NCBI GenBank assembly: GCA_963805975.1
Contig: CAWDVR010000001.1
Location: 576,001-640,000, forward strand
Reading direction: 5' to 3'
Length of the DNA stretch: 64,000 nt
Origin: an uncultured Acidobacteriota bacterium
GTDB taxonomy: Bacteria; Acidobacteriota; Thermoanaerobaculia; Multivoradales; SZUA-115
Shown here: positions 8,331-19,074 of the stretch, piece by piece
Layout of the letters: each line of letters opens with the position of its first letter
How positions within the stretch are numbered: position 1 is the first letter of the stretch
The notes under the pieces: model-generated
The model's input: the letters and a program-made list of their open reading frames with translations, nothing else
Database searches by the model: none
What the model was told of the DNA's origin: nothing
Made by a program: the position numbers and the translations under genes

Positions 8331-9965
8331 ATGACCGTTCGACCCTTCACCCGGCTGGCTGCCGTGCCGGCCCTGGCGTTTCTCGCCTTGGCCTCGGCCG
8401 CCTGCCAGGGCGACCCGCCGGCGAGCTCGCCCCCACCACCCGCCTCGACCTCGAACCTCCAGCCGCTGCCGGCACCTTCCACCGGAGGCTTCGAGCCCGA
8501 GGTTCGCGAGCAGCTCGACCGCCTGCGTTCGCAGGTCGCTCTGCTCGAGACGGGGCGCGCCTCTGCGGCCGATCGGGCCGCCGGATACGGCGCGCTCGCC
8601 ATGCTCTACCATGCCTACGGGCTCGATGCCGCGGCCCGCGCCTGTTACCAGAACGCGCGCACCCTGGCTCCCACCGAGCCGCGCTGGCCTTACTACCTGG
8701 GACGGCTCGATCTGGCCGCCGGCCGCAATGCCGAGGCGGCAGAGGCATTCGAGGCCTCCTTGAAGCTCGAGCCGGGCGAAAAGCTGAGTCTCCTGGGTCT
8801 CGGTCAGGCGCGCCAGGCCGAGGGCGGGCTCGAGCAAGCGAGGAGCGCGTTCGAGTCGGCACGGGCCAGGGAGGCCGAGAGCGTTCTCGCACACTTCCAC
8901 CTGGGGCAGATCGCGGCCGAGCGCGGCGAGCTGCCGACGGCGATCCGGCACCTCGAAGCGGCGCTTGCCGCGCAGCCGGACGCCGAGCCCGTGCAGCGGG
9001 TGCTCGCGGGCGTCTACGGGCGGGCCGGGGACCGCCTGCGCGCCGCGGAGGTGAGCCGCAGGGGAGGCAAGGCGGCGCTCGCCTATGACGACCCGCGGAT
9101 GCTGGCCGTCGAGACGCTCGCCAAGAGTGGCCGCGCCCTGGTCGACCGCGGCGTGGCGGCGTTCGCCGAGGGTCGCTTCGCCGATGCCGAGGCGGCTTTC
9201 CGCCAGGCGGTGGCCAGCCTGCCCGACGACGCGGATGCGCACTTGAACCTCGGCTCGGCGCTCTTCGAGCAAAGGAAGCTCCCCGAGGCCGAGCAGGAGT
9301 ACCGCCGTACCCTGGAGCTCGATCCGGCCGCCACCCGCGCGCGCTTCAACCTCGGTACCCTGCTCGCCGCGAGCGGCAGGCGCGACAAGGCGATCCGGGA
9401 GTACGAAGCGGCGCTGCGCAGTGATCCCGGCCACGTCTCCGCGCACTTCAACCTGGCCAACTCGCTGCTCACGCTCGGCCGTTTCGCCGAAGCCGAGGGC
9501 CACTTCGCGGCGGTCGTGGAGCGGGAGCCGGCCCGGTCCTCCGCCCGCCTGGGCCTTGCGGTGAGCCGGTCCCGGCTCGGGCGCGACGCCGAGGCACGGC
9601 AGGCACTGGAGGAGGGCCTCGGTCTGCGGCCGGCTGACCGCGTGCTCACCGAGGGCTTGGTGCGGCTACTGGCCGCGAGCCCCGACCCGGCGGTTCGCGA
9701 CGGCGCGCGCGCGCTGGCGCTCGCCCGCCAGCTCATGGCCGCCCAGAGCCAGCTCGAGAGCGTCGAGGCCCTGGCCATGGCCCTGGCGGAGACCGGCGAC
9801 TTCGCGCAGGCGGCGCAGCTCCAGGCCAACGCTCTCGCCGCCGTCCGCAGCTCGAGCCGGCCGGAGCTGGTCGAGCCCGTGGAGCGCAACCTCGCCCTCT
9901 ACCGCGCCGGCAAGCCCTGCCGGGAACCCTGGCGGGGCGAGGACTTCGGGGGGACGTGGGAGTAG
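8331..9965 (+). CDS. TPR-repeat lipoprotein
   Basis: Signal peptide ending LASAAC (lipobox-like); many TPR units (WPYYLG, AHFHLG, AHLNLG, ARFNLG, AHFNLA); C-terminal RDGARALALA and LALYRAGKPCR. Confidence 0.82.
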   Translation: MTVRPFTRLAAVPALAFLALASAACQGDPPASSPPPPASTSNLQPLPAPSTGGFEPEVREQLDRLRSQVALLETGRASAADRAAGYGALAMLYHAYGLDAAARACYQNARTLAPTEPRWPYYLGRLDLAAGRNAEAAEAFEASLKLEPGEKLSLLGLGQARQAEGGLEQARSAFESARAREAESVLAHFHLGQIAAERGELPTAIRHLEAALAAQPDAEPVQRVLAGVYGRAGDRLRAAEVSRRGGKAALAYDDPRMLAVETLAKSGRALVDRGVAAFAEGRFADAEAAFRQAVASLPDDADAHLNLGSALFEQRKLPEAEQEYRRTLELDPAATRARFNLGTLLAASGRRDKAIREYEAALRSDPGHVSAHFNLANSLLTLGRFAEAEGHFAAVVEREPARSSARLGLAVSRSRLGRDAEARQALEEGLGLRPADRVLTEGLVRLLAASPDPAVRDGARALALARQLMAAQSQLESVEALAMALAETGDFAQAAQLQANALAAVRSSSRPELVEPVERNLALYRAGKPCREPWRGEDFGGTWE

Positions 9966-9978
9966 CCCGGCTGCAGGG

Positions 9979-11736
9979 TCATCGCACCCGGTGAGCGAAG
10001 GCCCCCGCCGCAATCCCCCGCCACCGCTCCTTCCGCCCATCCGGCCACCGGATCTCGATATTCAGCGTCGAGCCGTCGTTGCCGGCGCCCAACCCCACCA
10101 GCAGCCGCGGATCTCTCGCCGAGAGGTAGCTGCCGTCCGTGTGGACGCGGTGGTGGAGCGCCGGGCCCTTCCTACGGCTCACGGTGACGCGGGCCTGGAG
10201 CGCATCGCCGCCCGCGGCCGTGGCCAGGCTCACGCCGAGCCAGGGCAGGCGGTTGCCGAGCTGGTTCTCGAGAAGGCGCACCGGGCCGCCGTTGTTGGTC
10301 AGGATCACATCGGTGTCGCCGTCGTTGTCGAGATCGCCGAAGGCCGCGCCGCGGCCTACCTCGGAGAGCGCGAAGACCTCACCGCCACGAGCCGTGGTGT
10401 CCTCGAAGGTGCCGTTGCCCCGGCTGCGGAAGAGCTGCTTGACCTGGTGCAGCGGGAAAGGGTCGCCCCTGTCGGCCAGCGCCGGGATGTCGCGCACCGC
10501 GCCGTTGGTCACCAGCAGATCGAGCCAGCCGTCGTTGTCGTAGTCGAGCCATCCGGTGCCAAAGCCGGTGTAGGGAAAGCTCGGCGCTCCCAGAAGGGCA
10601 CCGCGGCGCGCATCGGCGAACGTGCCGTCGCCCTGGTTGACGAACAGGGCATGGGTCTCGCCCGTCAGGTGGGTGACGAAGAGATCCTCGTCGCCGTCGG
10701 CGTCGAAGTCGCCGGCGGCGACGCCCATCGAAGCCTCGACCGCGCCGGAGCCGCTCACCGCGCAGCCGGCGAGCGCCGCCTCGTCCTCGAACCGGCCGCC
10801 GCCCTGGTTGATCCAGAGCTGGTTGGGCGCGGCGTCGTTGGCGACGAAGAGGTCGAGGCGGCCGTCCTGGTCGAAGTCGGTGGCCACGGCGCCCAGGGCC
10901 GGACCGTCCGCGGCGGCGATGCCGGAGGCCAGGGTCGTGTCCTCGAAAGTGCCGTCGCCGCGGTTGCGGAGCAGCCGGTCGGGCACCGGGTGGAAGCTCA
11001 TGGGGCCGCAGTAGTCCACGGCTCCCGACGCGCCGCGGCAGAGGCGGTGGTTGTCGAAGGTGAAGTCCACGTAGTTGGCGATGAAGAGATCGAGCCGGCC
11101 GTCCTGGTCGTAGTCGAAGAAGGTGGCGGAAGCCGAGAAGCGGCTGTCGCCGGCCCCGGAGCGCGCCGTGGCGTCCTCGAAGGTGCCGTCACCGCGGTTT
11201 CTCCAGAGCTGGTTGGCGCCGAAGCGGGTGACGTAGAGGTCCACGTGGCCGTCGGCGTCGTAGTCCCCCGTCGCCGCTCCCATGCCGTAGCCGCTGGAAT
11301 CGAGCCGGCTCGACGCGGTGACGTCCACGAACCGCGGCTCGAGGCGGCCTATGGCCGAGAGCGTCAGGTCGTTGCGATACAGGCGATCCCGCAGGGGTGT
11401 CATGCCGGGCGCCGGCGGCGCCAGCGCATCCGCGAGGGACTTGCCCGGCCCGAGCAGCGCGCCTTGCATCAGGAAGAGGTCGAGATCGCCGTCGCCGTCG
11501 AAGTCGAAGAGCGCCGCGCCGGCCCCCATCACCTCCACAATGTAGCGCTCCCCCGAACGGCCGTTGAAATGGACGAAGTCGAGCCCGAGCTCGCGGGCGC
11601 GCTCGGTGAAGACCTCGCCGGAAGCGGTCGGGCTGACCTGCGCGGTGGTTGGATCAGGTTGCTCCGGAGGGCCGCAGGCGACAAGACTGGCCGCCAGGGA
11701 GCATGGGAGCGCGAAGCAGGTCAGCGGAGAGCTCAC
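9979..11736 (-). CDS. CRTAC1 family protein (FG-GAP/Ca-binding beta-propeller plus ASPIC/UnbV domain), probable lipoprotein
   Basis: Repeated D[FY]DxDGxxD motifs, GRGAAFGDLDNDGD, GSYLSARDPRLLVGLG and IRWPDG. The GTG start overlaps the upstream stop (GTGA); LVAC lipobox. Confidence 0.88.
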   Translation of the reverse strand: MSSPLTCFALPCSLAASLVACGPPEQPDPTTAQVSPTASGEVFTERARELGLDFVHFNGRSGERYIVEVMGAGAALFDFDGDGDLDLFLMQGALLGPGKSLADALAPPAPGMTPLRDRLYRNDLTLSAIGRLEPRFVDVTASSRLDSSGYGMGAATGDYDADGHVDLYVTRFGANQLWRNRGDGTFEDATARSGAGDSRFSASATFFDYDQDGRLDLFIANYVDFTFDNHRLCRGASGAVDYCGPMSFHPVPDRLLRNRGDGTFEDTTLASGIAAADGPALGAVATDFDQDGRLDLFVANDAAPNQLWINQGGGRFEDEAALAGCAVSGSGAVEASMGVAAGDFDADGDEDLFVTHLTGETHALFVNQGDGTFADARRGALLGAPSFPYTGFGTGWLDYDNDGWLDLLVTNGAVRDIPALADRGDPFPLHQVKQLFRSRGNGTFEDTTARGGEVFALSEVGRGAAFGDLDNDGDTDVILTNNGGPVRLLENQLGNRLPWLGVSLATAAGGDALQARVTVSRRKGPALHHRVHTDGSYLSARDPRLLVGLGAGNDGSTLNIEIRWPDGRKERWRGIAAGAFAHRVR

Positions 11737-13433
11737 GGCGCGAGGTCCGCGAGCATGCGCTGGAGGTGGGAGTGAGAAGGGTGGCGGGAGACGGCCCTGC
11801 GCAGCACCTCCCGGGCTTCCTCGATCCGCCCCGCGCCGCGCAGCAGCACCGCCGCGTTGCGGGCCGCGTCGGCTGGATAGGGCGGCGCCTCGGCGGTGGC
11901 GAGGAAGACGGCGAGGGCCTCGTCGCCCCGGCCGACCTCGGCCAGGCAGGAGCCGTAGTTCACCCGCGTGAGCGCCTTCTCCTGGACATAGCCTGGACGG
12001 CCGGCGAAGGCGGCGAGGGCTTGCTCGTAGTAGGGCAGCGCCCGCGCCGCGTCCCGGTGCCGGGTGTGGAACAGCACCGCCAGGCCGTGGTAGCCGAAGG
12101 GCGCGAGAGGGTCGGCAGCGATCGAGCCCTCCAGCAGGGCCTGCGCCTCGTCGATCCGCCCTTCCTCCAGGGCGTGCGCGGCCAGCCAGTCGAAGGCGGC
12201 CGGGTTGCCGGGATCGACCGCCGCCACCCGCTGCCAGAGCGCCACGTCGCTCGCCCAGAAGCGGTCGTGGTAGAGGTTGCTCGCGGCCCACACGGCGAGA
12301 AGACCGGCCGCGAGCCCCCAGCGCAGGCGCCGCGCGCGCACCTTCTCCACCAGCAGCCAGGCGGCGACGAGGCAGAGCCCGAGCACCGCCAGGTAGAGAT
12401 AGCGCTGGTGCACCAGGTAGGTGGGGCGAAAGCCGCGCACGTTCCCGGCCGGCGCCAGGCAGAACAGGCACCAGAGCGCGCCGAAGCCCACCACGCGCGC
12501 TCGGCGGGCGGCGAGCGCCACCGTGGCCAGCACCACGACCCAGACGAGCACCGATCCCCAGGCCGCGGCCGAGCCCCAGCCTTCCACGTAGCGCACCGGG
12601 TAGCTGGGCGAGAGATGCAAAGGCCAGAAGAGGAACCGCAGGTACTCGAGCCCGAGCCGCGGCAGGGTGGGCAGTACCTCTGCCCAGCTGGGCCCGGGAT
12701 AGACGCCGAGCAGGCTGGTGAGCACCAGCTTGCGGGCCGCAAAGTAGACGACGGTTACCCCGAGGTAGGGCAGGAGCCCGCGGACGCGCCGGGCGAGCGG
12801 GCGCTGGGGGGCCAGCCAGTGCTCGGTGAGCGGCACCAGCGCGAGGAGCGAGAGCGCGGCCTCCTTGAAGCCGAGCGACAGCAGGAAGAGGAGCGCGCCG
12901 GCCGCGAGGCACCGTCTCCCGCCACCCTCGAGCCAGCGGATGTGCGCCACCAGGGCGAGGAGCATCAGCGCCGAGGCGGGCGGATCGTTGAACGCCGTCG
13001 CCACCCAGGCCACGGACTCGCCGTGCGCCGGGTGCACGGCGAAGAGCAGGGCGCCGAGGAGAGCCACCTCGTCACCCAGGCGCAGCCGGCGCAGGAAGGC
13101 GAGCGCCGCGAGGCACGCGGCGAGGTGCAGGGCCACGGCCACGGCGTGCCAGACGACGGCGCTCGGACCGAAGAGCTGGTAGAGCAGCAGGTAGAAAGTG
13201 AAGAACAGGGGCCGGTAGTAGTTCGAGCGCTGGTCCTCCGCGCGGGTCAGCGACAGCACGTCCCGCTGCCAGAAAGACGGCAGGCTCGACCAGCTCCTGA
13301 GGTTCGGGTTGTTGACCACCTGCTCGTGGTCGTCCCAGACGAAGCCGTGCGCGAGGGTCGGCGCGTAGACGGCGAGCACCAGGACGGCGATCGCCGCCAC
13401 CTCGAGCCAGAGCCGGCGCCGGGACTCAGACAT
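11733..13433 (-). CDS. Second TMTC-like GT-C glycosyltransferase with TPRs
   Basis: FVWDD, NYYRP, HPAHGESVAW, GFKE and QRYLYL motifs; TPR tail. Confidence 0.82.
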   Translation of the reverse strand: MSESRRRLWLEVAAIAVLVLAVYAPTLAHGFVWDDHEQVVNNPNLRSWSSLPSFWQRDVLSLTRAEDQRSNYYRPLFFTFYLLLYQLFGPSAVVWHAVAVALHLAACLAALAFLRRLRLGDEVALLGALLFAVHPAHGESVAWVATAFNDPPASALMLLALVAHIRWLEGGGRRCLAAGALLFLLSLGFKEAALSLLALVPLTEHWLAPQRPLARRVRGLLPYLGVTVVYFAARKLVLTSLLGVYPGPSWAEVLPTLPRLGLEYLRFLFWPLHLSPSYPVRYVEGWGSAAAWGSVLVWVVVLATVALAARRARVVGFGALWCLFCLAPAGNVRGFRPTYLVHQRYLYLAVLGLCLVAAWLLVEKVRARRLRWGLAAGLLAVWAASNLYHDRFWASDVALWQRVAAVDPGNPAAFDWLAAHALEEGRIDEAQALLEGSIAADPLAPFGYHGLAVLFHTRHRDAARALPYYEQALAAFAGRPGYVQEKALTRVNYGSCLAEVGRGDEALAVFLATAEAPPYPADAARNAAVLLRGAGRIEEAREVLRRAVSRHPSHSHLQRMLADLAP

Positions 13434-14709
13434 CGAGGTGCTTCTGCACTTCGCGGTCGCGGCTCACCCGCCAGATCTTCGAGTCGAGGTAGTAGTGCTG
13501 CATGGCGAAGCCGAGAAGCAGGGCGGCGAAGAGCTGCTCGCCCAGGCCGAGGGCGGCGGGGTCGCGCACGCCGGCCATCATGCCCAGCGAGTTGAGCAGG
13601 AGCTGGTCCAGCTCCAGGCCGGTCCAGGACCTGAGCCAGCCGATCCACGGCCCACGGTAGAAGCCGAAGGTGAAGACCAGCCCCACCAGCGCGTAGACCG
13701 GCACGCTGCGAAAGAAGAGCTGTGCCCAGCGGTGGCGTGGTTCCTGGCTCGCCCCGTACTTGCGCCTGCCATAGGCGTAGACGATGGCGTGGTACTGGAT
13801 GTTGTGGCCGACAGTGACCAGGGGCACCAGGAACGCCGCCATCAGCGGATGGCTGAAGGCCACGAAGTGGAGAGGCAGGAGCGGCGCCAGGTAGAGCAGC
13901 TTGCTGGCGTTGACCCCCCGGCCGGCCAGAGCCAGCCGCGCCTGGTAGCCGAGATAGAAGAGCAGCGCGCCGAGATAGGCGGCCCAGGCCACCGGGTGGA
14001 GCAGGGCGGCGACGCTCCAGCCGGCGACCAGCGGCCGGTCGAGCCCGAGGTCCGGCATGCCCGGCGTGCGGCGGAAGTAGTGGCTGGTCATGAACAGCAC
14101 CAGCGGCATGTACATGGCGAGGTTGAAGAACCAGCGATCGACGCGCGGGTCCCCGGTGTCGCCGGCTTTGCGCTGGTAGAGGCTGACGAAGCCCCAGTGC
14201 TGGCGCACCACGTGGTAGTAGGCCCACAGCCGAAAGCCGGTGAAGAAGGCCAGCGCCCCGCCCGCGAGCATGGCCGGAGGCAGCGGCCGGCCGATCCTTC
14301 CGAGATAGGCGCCCGCGGCGTAGGGCAGCAGGATCACCAGCGGCCCGACGAGGAACCAGAGGAAGGAGAAGCGCAGCACCCTGCCGCGGTTCTGCCACTC
14401 GTCCGGGTCGGCGAGCGTGCGGCCGAGCGTCGCCCAGACGTGCGGCGCATCGAGGAGGAAGGCCCAGCTCGCCACCACCAGGAGCTCCAGGGTGAGCGGG
14501 ACCTCGAGGCCACCCAGAGCCAGGGTGGCGAGCGGATCGTGCAGAGGATCGGCCAGGGTGGCGATGGCGTAGAAGATGACGCCGACATAGAGCCACCCGG
14601 CGAGGGCCGAGCCGATGTAGAAGCCCAGGTCCCGCCGGCGGTCGAGGAGCCAGACGAAGCGCGAGCCGCTGCCGGCGGCGGTCCTGGCCTCTGCTGCAGC
14701 GATGCTCAT
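13426..14709 (-). CDS. Uncharacterised polytopic membrane protein with His/Gln motifs
   Basis: ATG at 14709; multiple TM segments; motifs PHVWATL, YHVVRQHWGF, GHNIQYH and QHYYLDSKIW. The stop overlaps the start of the next gene. Confidence 0.75.
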   Translation of the reverse strand: MSIAAAEARTAAGSGSRFVWLLDRRRDLGFYIGSALAGWLYVGVIFYAIATLADPLHDPLATLALGGLEVPLTLELLVVASWAFLLDAPHVWATLGRTLADPDEWQNRGRVLRFSFLWFLVGPLVILLPYAAGAYLGRIGRPLPPAMLAGGALAFFTGFRLWAYYHVVRQHWGFVSLYQRKAGDTGDPRVDRWFFNLAMYMPLVLFMTSHYFRRTPGMPDLGLDRPLVAGWSVAALLHPVAWAAYLGALLFYLGYQARLALAGRGVNASKLLYLAPLLPLHFVAFSHPLMAAFLVPLVTVGHNIQYHAIVYAYGRRKYGASQEPRHRWAQLFFRSVPVYALVGLVFTFGFYRGPWIGWLRSWTGLELDQLLLNSLGMMAGVRDPAALGLGEQLFAALLLGFAMQHYYLDSKIWRVSRDREVQKHLDV

Positions 14710-14756
14710 GGCGAGAGTGGGAAGTCGCAAGCAGTATAGCGAAGGGGCTGGAGAGC

Positions 14757-14884
14757 CGGATGGATTCCCGCTTCCGCGGGAATGACTGCGGCAAACCTGC
14801 ATCACGCACCGCCTATCATTCCCGCTACACGGGGCAGCTCCCCACAGCGTATCTGTCATTCCCGCGCAAGCGGGAATCCATCCG
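14757..14884. repeat. Inverted pair of REP/dRS3-like palindromes (REPIN/NIME-like) with a degenerate internal third copy
   Basis: CGGATGGATTCCCGCTTCCGCGGGAATGAC ... GTCATTCCCGCGCAAGCGGGAATCCATCCG is a 30-bp inverted repeat with one mismatch; each arm is ATTCCC-N8-GGGAAT. Confidence 0.85.
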
Positions 14885-14955
14885 CTGCCGGCGCCGACGC
14901 TCACGGCTGCCTTCCGCCACCGGGATAGAATCTCGCCTGGTAGCGAGGAGAACGG

Positions 14956-16143
14956 ATGCCGAAAGTCACGCGACGCAGCTTCCTGGCCGGATCGGCCGCC
15001 GCCCTGGCGTGCTCGTCCGGGCTCGACAGGCTCTGGGCCGAGACCGACCTCGAGCTCGAGCCCCGGCCACGGATGCACCCGTCGAAGCGTGGCAACCGTG
15101 TCGCCGTGCTGCCTTTCGCCGACGAGCCCGAGGTGGCGCTGGGCGTCGTGCTCGGGCAGGGCCTCTCCGGCCGCCGGCTGCTCGACCTCTCGACGGTCGA
15201 GGACGGCGCGCTGGTGACGCCGACCGACCGCTACTACATCCGCACCCGCACGCCGGACTACCTGCCGTCGCCCGAGTCCTGGCGGCTTGCCGTACGCACG
15301 CTGACCGGCACGCCCCTCGATCTGCCGATGAGGGACCTCGAAGCGATGGCCGAGCCGCAGGGCGTCCACCTCTGCGAGAGCACCGACAACGGCTTGGACG
15401 TGCGCTTCGGCATGATGAGCGCCGCGGAGTGGAAGGGGATCCCGCTCGGCAAGCTCCTCGCGCGCTACGGCACCCCGGCGGAGGGAGAGTGGCTGGTGCT
15501 GGTCGAGGGCTTCGACCGCTTCGCGAGCAAGGGGGTCGAGAAGAGCGCCGGCGCGAGCTGGGTCTTCACGCCGCACGACCTCGAGTCGACCGGCGCCTTC
15601 CTCGCCACCGAGATGAACGGCGCACCGCTCCTGCCCGACCTCGGCGCGCCCGCGCGCCTGGTGGTGCCGGGCTGGTATGGCTGCACCTGGATCAAGTGGG
15701 TGCACAGCGTGGTGATGGTGCCCGCGCACACCACGTCCACGCCGCACATGCGGGAATACGCCGGCCGTACGCGCCAGGCCGGCCGGCCGCGCCTCGCCAA
15801 GGACTATGCGCCGGCGGTGATCGATCCCGCGGCGCTGCCGGTGAGGATCGAGCGCTGGCGCTGGCGGGGCTACTACTACTACCGGATCTGTGGCGTGGCC
15901 TGGGGGGGCGCCGCTCCGGTCGAGTCGGTGCTCATCCGGCTCGATCCGAGAGCGCCGTTCGAGCCCGTGGACTGGTTCCCGCCGCCCCAGTCGGCCGCCA
16001 CCTGGAGCCTGTGGAGCCACGACTGGTGCCCGCCGCAGCCGGGCCGCTACCGCATCGATCTGGCGGTGGGCGGCTCCCGCCTGCGGACCCGGCGCCTGGC
16101 GGACGGACACTATCTGCGCCAGGTCGACATCGAGGAGATCTGA
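14956..16143 (+). CDS. Tat-exported sulfite-oxidase-family molybdopterin oxidoreductase
   Basis: TRRSFL twin-arginine signal; TPTDRYYIRT, AEWKGIPL and MNGAPL..GAPARLVVPGWYG..IKWV. Confidence 0.8.
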   Translation: MPKVTRRSFLAGSAAALACSSGLDRLWAETDLELEPRPRMHPSKRGNRVAVLPFADEPEVALGVVLGQGLSGRRLLDLSTVEDGALVTPTDRYYIRTRTPDYLPSPESWRLAVRTLTGTPLDLPMRDLEAMAEPQGVHLCESTDNGLDVRFGMMSAAEWKGIPLGKLLARYGTPAEGEWLVLVEGFDRFASKGVEKSAGASWVFTPHDLESTGAFLATEMNGAPLLPDLGAPARLVVPGWYGCTWIKWVHSVVMVPAHTTSTPHMREYAGRTRQAGRPRLAKDYAPAVIDPAALPVRIERWRWRGYYYYRICGVAWGGAAPVESVLIRLDPRAPFEPVDWFPPPQSAATWSLWSHDWCPPQPGRYRIDLAVGGSRLRTRRLADGHYLRQVDIEEI

Positions 16144-16148
16144 CGCCC

Positions 16149-17285
16149 ATGCGCCGCACCTGGCCTCTTGCCTTCGTCCTGCTGCCGCTCGTCGCCCTGG
16201 CGCAGGCCGCCGGCCACCGCACCCTCGGCCACTACGCCGCCGGCGGCGCCCGAGCCCGGCCTCACCTTCGAGGAGTACGAGCCGCGCTCCAGCCTGGTGG
16301 TGCCCGCGCACGAGGTGCGGCGGGCGCGCTATCCGTTCATCGACGTCCACAATCACCAGCGCGGCACGACGATGACCGCCGAGGACGCCGCCAAGCTGGT
16401 CGCCGCCATGGACGAGCTCAACATGGCGGTGATGGTCAACCTCTCGGGCGGTCGGGGCGACGACCTCGACAAGATCGTCGCCAACATGAAGGGGCGCCAC
16501 CCGGAGCGCTTCGTGATCTTCGCCAACGTGGACTTCGCCGGCATCGACGAGCCGGGCTGGGGCGAGCGCGCCGCGGCGCAGCTCGAGCGCGACGTCAAGA
16601 TGGGGGGCGCCCAGGGGCTCAAGATCTTCAAGAACCTGGGAATGTTCGTCAAGGACGCGAGCGGCAGGATCGTCCCGGCCGACGACCCGCGCATCGACCC
16701 GGTGTGGGCGAAGGCCGGCGAGCTGGGCATTCCGGTGCTCATCCACACCGGCGAGCCGAAGCCGTTCTTCGATCCCTACGACCGCTTCAACGAGCGCTGG
16801 CTGGAGCTCAAGGAGTTCCCCAACCGGCGCCGCCCGCCGGCGGAGTTCGGCACCTTCGAAGAAGTGATGGGCGAGCAGCACAACCTCTTCCGCAAGCACC
16901 CGCGGACGACCTTCATCAACGCCCACCTCGGCTGGCTGGGCAACGACCTCGGCCGCCTGGGCAAGCTGATGGACGAGCTGCCGAACATGATGACCGAGAT
17001 CGGCGCCGTGCTGGCCGAGATCGGCCGCCAGCCGCGGGCGGCGCGGGAGTTCATGATTCGCTACCAGGACCGCGTGCTCTTCGGCAAGGACATCTGGGCG
17101 CCGGAGGAGTACTGGGTCTATTTCCGGGTGCTCGAGACCGCGGACGAGTACTTCGACTACTACCGCCGCCGCCACGCTTTCTGGCAGATCTACGGCCTCG
17201 ACCTGCCGGACGAGGTGCTCAAGAAGCTCTACTACAAGAACGCCCTGCGCATCATCCCCGGCATCGACCCCTCGCGCTTCCCGCC

Positions 17286-17289
<4 letters not shown>
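16149..17289 (+). CDS. Secreted amidohydrolase_2 family metallohydrolase, apparent frameshift near 16205
   Basis: The signal peptide MRRTWPLAFVLLPLVALAQ is in one frame; IDVHNH, LIHTGEP, NAHLGW and VLFGKD are in the next. Confidence 0.82.
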
Positions 17290-18296
<1,007 letters not shown>

Positions 18297-18302
18297 CTTT
18301 CA

Positions 18303-18989
18303 ATGGATCGACGAAGAATCTCGCGCTGGATGCGCCGGTTCACGGTGCGCTTCTGGCGGCCGGGCGAGGACAGGCCGAGCCTCGGGCACACCGTCAATCT
18401 CTCCCCCCGGGGCCTGTTCATCGGCACCAACCGGCCGCCGAAGAGCGGCGAGCGGGTGCGGGTGGAAGTCGTGGACCCGCAGAAGGGCTTCGTGGTCGAG
18501 GGCGTGGTCGCCCACTCCCACCAGGTGGCACCCGAGCTCCAGCGCATCCGGGAAGGGGGCATGGGAGTACGGCTCCTGTCGAGCGAGGAGCTGATCCGTG
18601 CGCTGGTGGCCACCCCGGCGCGGGAGGCCGCCACCCCGCAGCCGCCCTCCGAGGCGCCGGCGCCGCCCGTTCCGGCGGCGGGCTTCACCGTGTGCTTCGA
18701 GACCGAGGAGCAGTTCCTCACCGCCCTGCGCCGGGACATCCAGCACGGGGGCCTTTTCGTGCCCACCCGCAAGCCTGCGCCCCTCGACCAGCTCGTGACC
18801 CTGGATCTCGAGCTCCGAGGGGGCGGGGGTTGGGTCGAGCGGGTGGTGGCCCGCGTCGTCCAGCGCTACGACCCGGAGCACTCCGGGGTCGATCGGGCCG
18901 GCCGGGGCCCGGGCATGGGCGTCGAGCTGGTCGAGGGCGACGCTGTCATGGCCCGGCTGCGACGGCGGGCACAGGGTCTCTCCCGCTAG
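18303..18989 (+). CDS. Tandem PilZ-domain protein
   Basis: RRISR (RxxxR), NLSPRGLFI and GMGVRL; the second domain has DIQHGGLFVPT and GMGVEL. Confidence 0.75.
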   Translation: MDRRRISRWMRRFTVRFWRPGEDRPSLGHTVNLSPRGLFIGTNRPPKSGERVRVEVVDPQKGFVVEGVVAHSHQVAPELQRIREGGMGVRLLSSEELIRALVATPAREAATPQPPSEAPAPPVPAAGFTVCFETEEQFLTALRRDIQHGGLFVPTRKPAPLDQLVTLDLELRGGGGWVERVVARVVQRYDPEHSGVDRAGRGPGMGVELVEGDAVMARLRRRAQGLSR

Positions 18990-19074
18990 CCGGCCGCGGT
19001 ATCATCGGTTTTCGAGCAGGGTAGGGGAACCGAACCCCGTCGCGCTTGGCGCGGCGGCAGAAAGGAGATTCAGT

